NCBI GenBank assembly: GCA_001782825.1
Contig: MFPS01000007.1
Span: 84,487 to 148,486, forward strand
Length of the DNA stretch: 64,000 nt
Source of the DNA: Candidatus Magasanikbacteria bacterium RIFCSPHIGHO2_01_FULL_33_34
GTDB taxonomy: Bacteria; Patescibacteriota; Patescibacteriia; Magasanikbacterales; UBA922
Direction of reading: 5' to 3'
A model generated the notes under the pieces. It did no database searches. It was not told the origin of the DNA and saw nothing but the letters and a program-made list of their open reading frames with translations. Made by a program: the position numbers and the translations under genes. This document shows, piece after piece, positions 20,831 to 30,664 of the stretch (position 1 is its first letter; every line of letters starts with the position of its first letter).

Positions 20831-20932
20831 GCATTAGTTTGTTTATTTATTTTTACGGATTTGATACCCATAACAGGCATCACCCTCGGAGCCAAGGCGA
20901 GAATGAGTAAAAACAAATAAACAAACTAATGC
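20831..20932 (-). ncRNA. Putative cis-acting structured leader RNA, copy 2 (core 20856-20907)
   Basis: 26-bp closing stem 20831-20856/20907-20932 (one G-U on minus strand) around the conserved core. Confidence 0.62.
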
Positions 20933-20977
20933 GATCGTAGATGAAATATAAACAATGCTATTATATCTTACAACTTA

Positions 20978-22333
20978 TTATATAAACAAACCCAATTTTT
21001 CCTTTAATTTGTCCATGCTTAATAGTAAATCAATTATAGCATTTAAACTTATTATTCCAAAAGCCATAATAAAAGCTTTTTCTTTGATATTTTTCTTATT
21101 TTGCCACAACAATACCGCTCCATATCCAGCTAATAATGAAAGCAATGGATATATTTGAAATCTATATCTAGTTTCAACCACAGTAATAAATAATATCAGT
21201 GGAGTTAAAAAAATAAACGCAAAAATATAATTTAACGTATTTGATCTTTGCGACCACAATTTAATAGAGGCATACAAAGACAAGACAAATAACAAAAGTG
21301 ACCAAACAGCCGAAGACATCAAAAATAAAAATTGACTAATACCTGAATCATAAAACCAAAAACCCATCGGTCGTATAACACTAAAATATCTATTTATCCT
21401 AAGTGCGGTCAGACGAATAAAATCCAATGGATAATTACGAACAAAAATTTTAAATTCATCGATAGACTTATCAGATACCAAATATGCGCCATATTCTACT
21501 ATAAAATCCTCTACCTCCTCTGGCTTGTCTTGTTCACCAGTTGCACCAACATGATTGCCTATCCAAAAATTATAACCACCAGCTGCGCCAAAAGGCATTA
21601 TTTTTTCATAAGCCATATAATTACGGACTGTCCACGGTGTAAATATAGCACCGATAGCCACAGACATTATAATTATTTGTTTGTATTTTTTCTTGAATAC
21701 AAAATACAAAAATATAACAGGCAACACAAAAAGTACCGGTGGTCTCGCCAAAACAGCCAAGCCACTAATTATCCCTAAAGATATAGCATTAATCCAAGAT
21801 TTTGATCCAGAAATTTTCTCTTTATCAATAAAGTTTAAAAAATACCAAATAAGCCATGTCCAAAAAAATATATATAATGTCTCTGTCATAAGCATAGCAG
21901 AAATCTCTACTAAATCTGGAGAAAAACCAAATATAATAGTAGAGCCCAAAGCCATCAATTCAACTTTTTCGTATTTTTTAAATAAAATTTTAGCAGATAA
22001 ATAAACAAAATAAGCGGACACAGTATGTAACAAAGCCTGAATTATCCAAACTACTTCATAATTGTGCCCAAATACCAAATAAATAAATGCCAAAAAATAT
22101 TGGTATAATGGACCGACTCTGGTTATGGCTTTATCAAACTTAACATCTGCGCCAGCATCTTCTACAAAACCATTACCAGAAATTATATTTTGAGCAATAT
22201 GATCATAGGCTCTAGCGTCAACCACTGGATGAATTCTAAAAACAAAAGAATAGGCAATACACAAAAAAAGAGACCCTAACAAAATATATAATAAAGGTTT
22301 CTTTTTGAGATTATTTTTAACCTCCTCAAACAT
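20978..22333 (-). CDS. GT-C membrane glycosyltransferase (PMT/ArnT-like)
   Basis: DARAYD, PLYQYFLA, MTETLYIF, LARP, PWTVRNY, NFWIGN, ETRYR. Confidence 0.8.
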   Translation of the reverse strand: MFEEVKNNLKKKPLLYILLGSLFLCIAYSFVFRIHPVVDARAYDHIAQNIISGNGFVEDAGADVKFDKAITRVGPLYQYFLAFIYLVFGHNYEVVWIIQALLHTVSAYFVYLSAKILFKKYEKVELMALGSTIIFGFSPDLVEISAMLMTETLYIFFWTWLIWYFLNFIDKEKISGSKSWINAISLGIISGLAVLARPPVLFVLPVIFLYFVFKKKYKQIIIMSVAIGAIFTPWTVRNYMAYEKIMPFGAAGGYNFWIGNHVGATGEQDKPEEVEDFIVEYGAYLVSDKSIDEFKIFVRNYPLDFIRLTALRINRYFSVIRPMGFWFYDSGISQFLFLMSSAVWSLLLFVLSLYASIKLWSQRSNTLNYIFAFIFLTPLILFITVVETRYRFQIYPLLSLLAGYGAVLLWQNKKNIKEKAFIMAFGIISLNAIIDLLLSMDKLKEKLGLFI

Positions 22334-22341
22334 AGATGAAT

Positions 22342-23046
22342 TTAATTAGTAAACCTGTATTTGATTATACAATAAATTGCACGGACTCCATCTTTCCAAT
22401 TTATCTTTTTACCTTCTTCATAAGTTCTATGATCATACGAAATAGGTACTTCAAAAATTTTAATACCTTTTACTTTAGCTAATTTTGCGGTAAACTCTGG
22501 CTCAAACCCAAATCTATTTTCACGCAACTCAAAATTATTTAATATCTCTTTTTTAAAAACCTTATAACAAGTTTCCATATCTGTGAGAATCAAATTTGTA
22601 AACATATTAGACAATAATGTCAAAAACTTGTTACCCATAGTATGCCAAAATTTTAATACTTTATGAGAACCTGGTTGTAAAAATCTAGAACCATAGACCA
22701 CGTCCATACCATCTTCCAATATTGGTTTTAACAAAACTTTATATTCATCTGGATTATACTCCAAATCAGCATCTTGAATAATTATTATCTCACCTTTTGC
22801 CTCCTTGAAACCACGACGAATGGCAGCTCCTTTGCCCATATTTTGTTCTTGACTATAAACACTAAGGCTATACTTTAACGCCAATTCTTCTAAAACTTTT
22901 TTTGAATTATCTCTTGAACAATCATTGACACATACTATTTCTTTTTCAAGTCCAAGGACATCCGCCTCTTTTACTCTTTTCAATATTTTTTCAACTGTTT
23001 TTTCCTCATTATAAACTGGGATAACAATAGATACTTTACTAAACAT
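22342..23046 (-). CDS. GT2 glycosyltransferase (DPM-synthase-like)
   Basis: [53 protein letters not shown]. Confidence 0.92.
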   Translation of the reverse strand: MFSKVSIVIPVYNEEKTVEKILKRVKEADVLGLEKEIVCVNDCSRDNSKKVLEELALKYSLSVYSQEQNMGKGAAIRRGFKEAKGEIIIIQDADLEYNPDEYKVLLKPILEDGMDVVYGSRFLQPGSHKVLKFWHTMGNKFLTLLSNMFTNLILTDMETCYKVFKKEILNNFELRENRFGFEPEFTAKLAKVKGIKIFEVPISYDHRTYEEGKKINWKDGVRAIYCIIKYRFTN

Positions 23047-23058
23047 ATATTTATTTAA

Positions 23059-23700
23059 TTATTTCTTTTCAACTATTAAGGCCATTTGCTTAGCACCAGG
23101 CCTTATCGGTGAATTTAGATAAGCTCTAATTACTAACCTAGGTGTAGGTATAGAACTACTCTTAAATGAATAAGGAGTAATTTTTGGTAAGACTTTTATC
23201 AAATCAAAATTATTCTCTTTAAGTAAAGTAGAAAGACCCTCATGGGTAAATATTGTCCTATGAGTATAATCATCAAAATACTCACGCCAACAATACCTAA
23301 AGTTTGGTTGTAAAATACACAATCTTCCACCCTTTTTCAACACTCGGTTAATTTGTAAAATTATTTTTTCAACATCTTCAATTATAAAATGTTCAAAAAA
23401 ATTACTTGCTAAAAACATATCTACTGAATTATCTTCAAAAGAAGATAATTCAGTCGCATCTTGGACTAAAGCTTCTGTGCCATTTTTAGCATAATCTCTA
23501 ACAATTGGAGAAATATCTATTGCTACCTTTTTATTTGCTTTTACATTATTTATCCAACAACAATAACCAGCGCCTAATTCTACAACTTTATCTAATTGTT
23601 TTGGATAATAAGCAGAAAAAAAACGATTCAACTCTTCCCAAACAATATCTCTTCTGCCATCAGCTGTTAATCTTTCTTCAAAATATTTTTCTGTGTACAT
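23059..23700 (-). CDS. Class I SAM-dependent methyltransferase
   Basis: VELGAGYC, ASNFFEH, LKKGGRL, PNFRY, YFDDYTH. Confidence 0.85.
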   Translation of the reverse strand: MYTEKYFEERLTADGRRDIVWEELNRFFSAYYPKQLDKVVELGAGYCCWINNVKANKKVAIDISPIVRDYAKNGTEALVQDATELSSFEDNSVDMFLASNFFEHFIIEDVEKIILQINRVLKKGGRLCILQPNFRYCWREYFDDYTHRTIFTHEGLSTLLKENNFDLIKVLPKITPYSFKSSSIPTPRLVIRAYLNSPIRPGAKQMALIVEKK

Positions 23701-25040
23701 ACTTTTTTATTTCGTATATATTTACAATAAATCTCCCAAGCTCCAAATACACCCAACATAACAACAAACGGAAAAAATGGCATATTATATCTACCAGAAT
23801 TTGAACCATTAGCTATGTTCCCTGTCAACAATACATTCAAAGCCAAAAAGCTCAACAAAAAACTAGTCCAAAGTCTATATTTTTTAATCATTAAGGTAGA
23901 TAAGGCTAGTAGTACTAAACCATACCAAAAAATGAACAAAAATGCAACCACAGGCTTAAGTACATACTGAGGAAAATCTGGCTTTTTAGGAAGAAGCACA
24001 TGATCAGCCAAATACCCATAATCAGCCTTAAAAAAACCTTTAAACGCACCCGTTAGATGAAACCTAATAAAATCTATAGGATGTCTAGTTATCAAATCTC
24101 GCAAATATTCCTTATAAAATGGATGATTATTATATTCATAATGATAATATGTATATTTATTTGGTCTTCTCATATTATCTGATCCAGGAAACTGATAATA
24201 ATCAGGTGGTGGTTCAAGCCAATAATGTGGAATATTATGCAATTTAGCAAATGGTTCTGAAATATATATATGAATTGCCATCCACCCATTGCTAGACAAT
24301 GAAAAATGTCCAAACTGTTTATAATTTCTTGCCATCCAAGGAAAAAGAACTAAGCAGAAAAAAAATACTACTAATACTACAGGTTTTATAAAAGGCTGTT
24401 TTTTTATTTTTTTTGTCCTTAAAAAATTTTTTACACTATCTTTGTGCATATAAAGAAGTGTTATTATTACAATCGGAAATAAATACAAAAAAATTGGCCT
24501 TACTTGAGCAGTAATCCCAATCATCAAACCAGCTAATCCATATTTTTTCTTTATAAAAAACAAAACAAAAAATGCAAAAAATACACCAGCAAAATGGTCA
24601 GACATCAAAAGATTTGACCAATAAATCATTGTCGGATCAAAAGAAAAAATTACAGACGATATTATTCCTACGTATTTGTTGTTGAACAATAATAATGCTA
24701 TTTTATAAATCAAAACTGAAACAATACCAGCTAAAATATTTTGCACCATTACTATAGTAATATATGGTGTACTAAATAATCTAAATGGCAATAAAAACAA
24801 TGGATATCCTGGAGTCCTCATAGCATCTGGTACTAACTCTGGATGCACCAATGCTTCACTAAAAATATTATTATACAAAATATTATTTGCCAACTTTACA
24901 TACACAGTCGTATCTGAATAAGAAACAAACACATCTTCACCAAACATTCTCTGTATTACTATTGCATAAATTGCACGAATAGAAAAAGCTAATAAAAAAA
25001 GTATAATTTCTATATTATATTTTTTTATTAATTTAATCAT
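23667..25040 (-). CDS. GT-C membrane glycosyltransferase (PMT/ArnT-like)
   Basis: DTTVY, RTPGYPLFL, LMSD, VRP, PWMARNY, multi-TM. Confidence 0.78.
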   Translation of the reverse strand: MIKLIKKYNIEIILFLLAFSIRAIYAIVIQRMFGEDVFVSYSDTTVYVKLANNILYNNIFSEALVHPELVPDAMRTPGYPLFLLPFRLFSTPYITIVMVQNILAGIVSVLIYKIALLLFNNKYVGIISSVIFSFDPTMIYWSNLLMSDHFAGVFFAFFVLFFIKKKYGLAGLMIGITAQVRPIFLYLFPIVIITLLYMHKDSVKNFLRTKKIKKQPFIKPVVLVVFFFCLVLFPWMARNYKQFGHFSLSSNGWMAIHIYISEPFAKLHNIPHYWLEPPPDYYQFPGSDNMRRPNKYTYYHYEYNNHPFYKEYLRDLITRHPIDFIRFHLTGAFKGFFKADYGYLADHVLLPKKPDFPQYVLKPVVAFLFIFWYGLVLLALSTLMIKKYRLWTSFLLSFLALNVLLTGNIANGSNSGRYNMPFFPFVVMLGVFGAWEIYCKYIRNKKVCTQKNILKKD

Positions 25041-25042
25041 AA

Positions 25043-25765
25043 TTATTTCTCTTTATGTTTTTTTGAAAATATCCGTTCTTTGAGTATAAAAAAAATCATT
25101 ATAATACCAAGTTTGACTGCTTTAGAAGTTTTTCCTGTTATTTTTGATTCCCCTTTTCTTGGACAATAATGCACTGGAACCTCAACACAAGGTATATTAT
25201 ATTGCAAAACTCTTATCATAAATTCTGGAGAAAACCACGAACCAGGTACTGTAAATCTATGTTTTATTTTATCATAAGCAAGTTTATGAATGACTTTGAA
25301 GGTGCAACCGACATCAGTAAGAGATGGTCCATTAAACAAATACTCTAAAAATTTTGCAACTCCCCAATTGCCCAAGCGAATACCAAATTTCATATTAGCG
25401 CCAGACCATATCAAAGCTCTTGATGTTCTTGTACCAAAAACAACTTGATAATCAACCGAATAAATAAGCAACTTTTCTATATCTTTTGCCAAAAATGTAC
25501 CATCTGGTTCAACAGTAACAATCAAATCCCCATTAGCTTCCTGCATACCTCTTTGCAAAGCAGAACCATAACCTTGTCTTGTTTCTAGCACATACCTAGC
25601 ATTTGTTTTCAAAATCTCTTCTTTACTCCTATCTGTAGAATTATTATCTACTGCAATAACTTCATCTACTGACGGTTGTGATAAAAAAGATTTTATTGCA
25701 TTATGTATATTTTCCTCTTCATTATATACAGGCAATACTACTGAAACACGCATTCCATTATACAT
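25043..25765 (-). CDS. GT2 glycosyltransferase
   Basis: VVLPVYNEE, VDNNSTD, QGYGSAL, LTDVGCT, RKGESKI. Confidence 0.88.
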   Translation of the reverse strand: MYNGMRVSVVLPVYNEEENIHNAIKSFLSQPSVDEVIAVDNNSTDRSKEEILKTNARYVLETRQGYGSALQRGMQEANGDLIVTVEPDGTFLAKDIEKLLIYSVDYQVVFGTRTSRALIWSGANMKFGIRLGNWGVAKFLEYLFNGPSLTDVGCTFKVIHKLAYDKIKHRFTVPGSWFSPEFMIRVLQYNIPCVEVPVHYCPRKGESKITGKTSKAVKLGIIMIFFILKERIFSKKHKEK

Positions 25766-25788
25766 ATAAATATTTTAAAAATAAAAAA

Positions 25789-26802
25789 TTAAAATAATTT
25801 ATCCTTCCACGTACGTGGTGTAATATCAGAAACTATTTCCAAATCCAAATGATACCTAAATGGCTTGACACCACGATCTCTTATATAATTAATCATAGAA
25901 CGAATGCCATCTTGCAAAGATGTTTGTGTTTTATAGCCAAGTAAATTACGAGCTTTTTGAGCACTACAAGTAGCAACTTTAACTTCACAAGGTCTATCAG
26001 CCATATAAATTGGTTCTAAATTAAAATTAAGTTGCTCTGCTATCACTCTGGCAAGCTCATTAATAGTAATCAATTCTTCATCAGGTCCAATATTTACTAT
26101 ATGTCCAACAACTTCATCAGAAGTACCCAATAATTTTAATGGATTAACAACATCTTCAATAAAAGAAAAACATCTCTGTTGTTCACCATCACCATATATA
26201 ACAGGTTGTCTATTTTGCAACATTAAATTGATCATAATAGAAGCTACATTTCTATAAGGATCATCATATTTTTGTCTAGGCCCTATAATATTATGTGGCA
26301 CAGCTATAACATATTCCATATTATGTGTTTCACAAAGATTTCTAACGGTTAGTTCTGATGCAAGCTTGGCTATGCCATATGGATCCTGAGGTTTGGGAAT
26401 CATTTCTTCTCTAAAAGGTAAACTTTCTTGTGTGCCATATCTAGCCATACTAGAACAAAAAACAAAGCGTTTCACTTTATTTGAAATTGCAGATGAAAGT
26501 ACTGATGTCGCAATACCATAAGTATTCTTTGTAATCAGATGAGGAGAAAACACACTCAAACCTTCATAAGCAGTACATGCGCAATGATAGACTATATCAA
26601 CGCCTTCCATGATTTTTACCATAGCTTCCCTATCCCCACAATCATACGAAAAAAACTTAACCCCCGGTGGGACATTATCCAAATAACCTCCAATTAAATT
26701 ATCACAACCGATCACTTTATAACCATCTTTTAGCAATCTATCTGCCAAATGACTTCCTAAAAATCCAGCGACTCCTGTAATAAAAACTGTCTGTTGAATC
26801 AT
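25789..26802 (-). CDS. NAD-dependent epimerase/dehydratase (UDP-sugar 4-epimerase-like)
   Basis: ITGVAGFLGSH, SSMARYG, PYGIAK, YGDGEQQRCFS. Confidence 0.88.
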   Translation of the reverse strand: MIQQTVFITGVAGFLGSHLADRLLKDGYKVIGCDNLIGGYLDNVPPGVKFFSYDCGDREAMVKIMEGVDIVYHCACTAYEGLSVFSPHLITKNTYGIATSVLSSAISNKVKRFVFCSSMARYGTQESLPFREEMIPKPQDPYGIAKLASELTVRNLCETHNMEYVIAVPHNIIGPRQKYDDPYRNVASIMINLMLQNRQPVIYGDGEQQRCFSFIEDVVNPLKLLGTSDEVVGHIVNIGPDEELITINELARVIAEQLNFNLEPIYMADRPCEVKVATCSAQKARNLLGYKTQTSLQDGIRSMINYIRDRGVKPFRYHLDLEIVSDITPRTWKDKLF

Positions 26803-26827
26803 GTTAAAATATTTAAATAATGATTAA

Positions 26828-26856
26828 ATCATATATTATTAAAAATAAAATTGCAA
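26828..26856 (-). promoter_or_regulatory. sigma70-type promoter
   Basis: Minus strand TTGCAA-17 nt-TATGAT upstream of the epimerase gene. Confidence 0.5.
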
Positions 26857-26871
26857 GCTTAAAATAATCAA

Positions 26872-28605
26872 CTATCTTATACCAAAATTCTTAATTTCCT
26901 TTTGGCTATGCTTATTTAAAACTACAAAATTAATATCCACTAAATCAGATAATAAAATATTATTATTACTGACTAGAAAAAACCGATTTTCAGTTACTGA
27001 TTCTATAACGCCTTTTTCTAAAAGATACTTTGTATACATAACACCGTCAAGGTCTTTAAACACAATTTTATTATCTTTTGTAACACTACTAATTAATAAC
27101 TCATCTTCAGTATCAAATACTTTATTATTATTTGTATCCTGATAAATACTAAATAAAGACTCAGTATCTAAATCATTGGATAAACCAAAAGCTATTTCAT
27201 CCAAAATATTAGTTACAAAACTTTCAGTAATAATATCTATAGAAATAATTTTTTCATCATATTTTTTCGTCTCTACAATATAAGAACCTTGTTCAAAAAT
27301 ATTTTTTAAATTATTAAAATAATTAATAAAATTATTTCTAAATCTCTCAACATCATCATCAAAACTAAAATTACTCTTCCTTTTTAATCTATCTCTATAA
27401 AAATCTAATTTTGTATCTTTATAGACTTCATCATAAAAAGAAATATCATCATTCAAATTATCTTTATCACTAATATATTCCCACAAAATTTCATTACGCC
27501 TATGACGAAATTCAGGCACACTCAAAAATCTATCTACAATTGGATTATATTTTATGTCAATTTGTTCTATATTAGATGGAATATTTTCATGCCTATGATT
27601 CATATCCATATTTACATCCCATACAACTGGCTCAAATCTTTTACTCTCCGGATCAAAATAAAGACGTAAATTACTTATACCTTGATGATAACTCTGAGCT
27701 AAAAGATAATGGACATTCCATTTTAAAAATTTTTCAATATCAACAATTTTTTCTACTTCTTCTGCAAATGATTTATTATCCTCAATAGAAAAAATCTCAA
27801 ACAATTTTTTTAACTCATCATATTCATCACCATCTTCATTGCCAGCAGATAATTCCCACAAAGATGTATAACTTTTTATACAGTCATAATATGCTTCACG
27901 ATCCTTACAAAAATCACTACGTATATCTCTTGTCTTAAACAATTTTCCTTTACTACTTTTTCCAATATTATCCAAATATTCATTAGACCAGCCTTCTTGC
28001 TGTAAATAAACCCCATGTAACTTTCCATTGATACGCAAATTAATAAATTTTGTATCTACATATATAAGGTCAAACTTTTTTGCTCTATAACTATTTAGAT
28101 ATTCAACAAAATATTTTCTATCTAATGGCAATATAAGATTCAATTTTCTAATCCCTTTAAATGTTTTATCTTTATCAAATCTGATTGAATAAGATTTTTT
28201 ATCAGCATTCCAATGAATATCCTGCAAGCCACGATAACTTATCTCAATATTATATTCCTTTCCATCAAAATAAAATTTTGCTGGAACAAGTGCTTTCATA
28301 TCATCTTCAAAAACCATATCATCCCCTATCTCATTTAATCCTTCATTCATTTTTTGTAAATCATCATATTTAATTTCTATATTATATTCATCTAAAGTAG
28401 ACCCACCTCTCATTTTTGGTAAATATACCAAATCTGCCAAATCTCGCATCTTATATGCTACATTTCTACCAAATTCAAAAAGACTACTGCCATAGGTAAC
28501 TCTTTCCTTTATTTGAGGAAGAAATTTAAATACCAAAAAAGAAAATAGTAAAAATATCCCCAGCAATATTATTGATACTATTTTAAATCTCTTACTTATT
28601 ATCAT
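26872..28605 (-). CDS. cotH: CotH-family kinase with N-terminal membrane anchor
   Basis: SYRG...KKSYSIRF, RKLNL, LRINGKLHGVYLQQE, NLRLYFDP...FEPVVWDVN. Confidence 0.8.
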   Translation of the reverse strand: MIISKRFKIVSIILLGIFLLFSFLVFKFLPQIKERVTYGSSLFEFGRNVAYKMRDLADLVYLPKMRGGSTLDEYNIEIKYDDLQKMNEGLNEIGDDMVFEDDMKALVPAKFYFDGKEYNIEISYRGLQDIHWNADKKSYSIRFDKDKTFKGIRKLNLILPLDRKYFVEYLNSYRAKKFDLIYVDTKFINLRINGKLHGVYLQQEGWSNEYLDNIGKSSKGKLFKTRDIRSDFCKDREAYYDCIKSYTSLWELSAGNEDGDEYDELKKLFEIFSIEDNKSFAEEVEKIVDIEKFLKWNVHYLLAQSYHQGISNLRLYFDPESKRFEPVVWDVNMDMNHRHENIPSNIEQIDIKYNPIVDRFLSVPEFRHRRNEILWEYISDKDNLNDDISFYDEVYKDTKLDFYRDRLKRKSNFSFDDDVERFRNNFINYFNNLKNIFEQGSYIVETKKYDEKIISIDIITESFVTNILDEIAFGLSNDLDTESLFSIYQDTNNNKVFDTEDELLISSVTKDNKIVFKDLDGVMYTKYLLEKGVIESVTENRFFLVSNNNILLSDLVDINFVVLNKHSQKEIKNFGIR

Positions 28606-29593
28606 ATCTTTTTTTCTTTTTTAATCTATAAAAAAAGTAAGCAGAAACACCTACAAAAAATAAAGTTGATAAAAATAATAAAGCTGTTATTTTTTTTAAA
28701 TAAACAATCATAATCATTCTCAACCTTTCATAACTAAACCTAGGAATATTTTCTCTATAAGAAGGTAATCTTTCTTCTATTTTTTTAAAATTTAACCCTG
28801 CTATATCCTCGTGTACTGCAATAGGATTCACAACTATATCATCCTCAGACACAACTACATGCAAAAAATGTTGGGGAAATTTATATTCTCTTTCTGAGAA
28901 ACCTACCCCATAATAATCAATACCATTTTCTTGATAAGCAAAATATGGCTGTCTAGAACCAACATCACCAACAAAAACTCCCAAAGTATTACTGTTTATA
29001 AATGGTACTACTTCAAAATTCCAATTATTTGATTCACTTATTGTCTGTCCCCTATTATTGCACAAATCAACCTCATCTTCATAAAATAAACAATGATGAA
29101 CAAACACTATATTTTGCTTATCTTTTTTAAAATTTTCTTTTAACCATTCAAGTTGAGTACCCAATATATCATAAGTAGCAATTGGCGCAACCACATCAGA
29201 ACTGTTTAAAAATAAAAAATTTATATTTTTTAATTCAAAAGATTGATATAAAGGTCCAATTTTTTCTATAAAATTTTGTCTATCATCAGACCTATCCTCT
29301 ATATCGTGATTACCTGGTACAAAATAAACCGGCATACTAAATTTGTCGGTAATTTCAAGTATTACCTCCCATTCTGTTTGATGATTATTTGGTAAAGTGT
29401 CACCATTAAAAACAACGAAATCCGGCTTAAGCTGATTAACTTTTTCTACACTTTTTTCCAATGCTTCATAATCTGGATATATATGTCCAAATACTACAAA
29501 ACTAACATCTTCTTTTTTATCAATCTGCGCAAAAACAAAATCTGGAACTAATAAAAATGCCAGTAAAAAAATTATTGTATATACTTTATTCAT
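28592..29593 (-). CDS. Exported calcineurin-like metallophosphoesterase with C-terminal TM anchor
   Basis: Signal peptide, VVFNGD, VPGNHD, FVHH; hydrophobic C-terminus followed by basic tail. Confidence 0.75.
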   Translation of the reverse strand: MNKVYTIIFLLAFLLVPDFVFAQIDKKEDVSFVVFGHIYPDYEALEKSVEKVNQLKPDFVVFNGDTLPNNHQTEWEVILEITDKFSMPVYFVPGNHDIEDRSDDRQNFIEKIGPLYQSFELKNINFLFLNSSDVVAPIATYDILGTQLEWLKENFKKDKQNIVFVHHCLFYEDEVDLCNNRGQTISESNNWNFEVVPFINSNTLGVFVGDVGSRQPYFAYQENGIDYYGVGFSEREYKFPQHFLHVVVSEDDIVVNPIAVHEDIAGLNFKKIEERLPSYRENIPRFSYERLRMIMIVYLKKITALLFLSTLFFVGVSAYFFYRLKKKKRYDNK

Positions 29594-30651
29594 AATAATT
29601 TTTTAATAATCTGTTCAACAGTACTTTCAAGACTATGATTTTTAAACACTGCATCCCTCAAACTATCAGTATTAATTTCTTTGTATTTTGTTATCTTCTC
29701 AACCAAGTCATTTAAATCACCATCTTCAAATAAACAATTTTCAGGAAGAATATTTTTAAAGGTAAAATTGGATGTAATAACAGGTAAACCACTGGCCATT
29801 GCCTCAAGTACCGCTTTGTCTACCCCTCCAGTTCTACTAGCATTCAAAAATAAATCTGCTCGCTTATAATATTCTACAATATTTTCATATGGTACTTTTC
29901 CAACAAATTCTACTAATTCTTCCTCCTGCTCACGTTTTAAGTAACTTTTTAACTCTTCTAAATATTCCCTATCTTCATCCAAATAAGGCTCTCCAACAAT
30001 CAAAAATCTAACTTTTTTATCAAGCTTTTTTTGTAAAATTATAACAGATTTGACTAAAATTAGCAAATTTTTGCTACTAGATACTCGCCCTACTGTAAGC
30101 ATAACAAATTCATCATCTTTCATCCCAAGGCTGACTAGCCTCGGGCTGACTTCTCTACTTTCTATATTTGAAAATATATTCAAATCAATTCCATGCCCAG
30201 TAGCAATTACTTTATGTGATTTTATTGGAAATCCATCAATATGAGCTGTAAAAACATAATTTGTAATTATATGAGATAATTTTAATTTCCAAGTTAGAGA
30301 TTTATGCAAATACCAAATACCCACTTTTTTACCAAACAAACGCGCAACCCAACCACCATAGACAATGTATTCAGGACACATATGTATCAAAACACTTCTT
30401 ACTTTTGGTAAATATTTAAATAACAAACTCCAAAATATAAAAATTCTTTTGAATCTACTTATATCTTCTTCTTTTTTTAGAGAAGATACAACTACATTAT
30501 CCGGTAAATTATATTCACCAACTTTATTTGCAATCACATAAACTTTATCAGCTTGTTTAGAAAATTCTCTAAGCCAACCACAAAAAAATCCAAGATTAGA
30601 ATCTCTTTCATCTACTGTTTGAGTTATAATCAACAAATTTTTATTTTTCAT
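29590..30651 (-). CDS. GT4 glycosyltransferase
   Basis: TGHGID, TVGRVSSSKN, DKAVLEAMASGLPVI. Confidence 0.88.
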   Translation of the reverse strand: MKNKNLLIITQTVDERDSNLGFFCGWLREFSKQADKVYVIANKVGEYNLPDNVVVSSLKKEEDISRFKRIFIFWSLLFKYLPKVRSVLIHMCPEYIVYGGWVARLFGKKVGIWYLHKSLTWKLKLSHIITNYVFTAHIDGFPIKSHKVIATGHGIDLNIFSNIESREVSPRLVSLGMKDDEFVMLTVGRVSSSKNLLILVKSVIILQKKLDKKVRFLIVGEPYLDEDREYLEELKSYLKREQEEELVEFVGKVPYENIVEYYKRADLFLNASRTGGVDKAVLEAMASGLPVITSNFTFKNILPENCLFEDGDLNDLVEKITKYKEINTDSLRDAVFKNHSLESTVEQIIKKLL

Positions 30652-30664
30652 AACATTCACTCTA

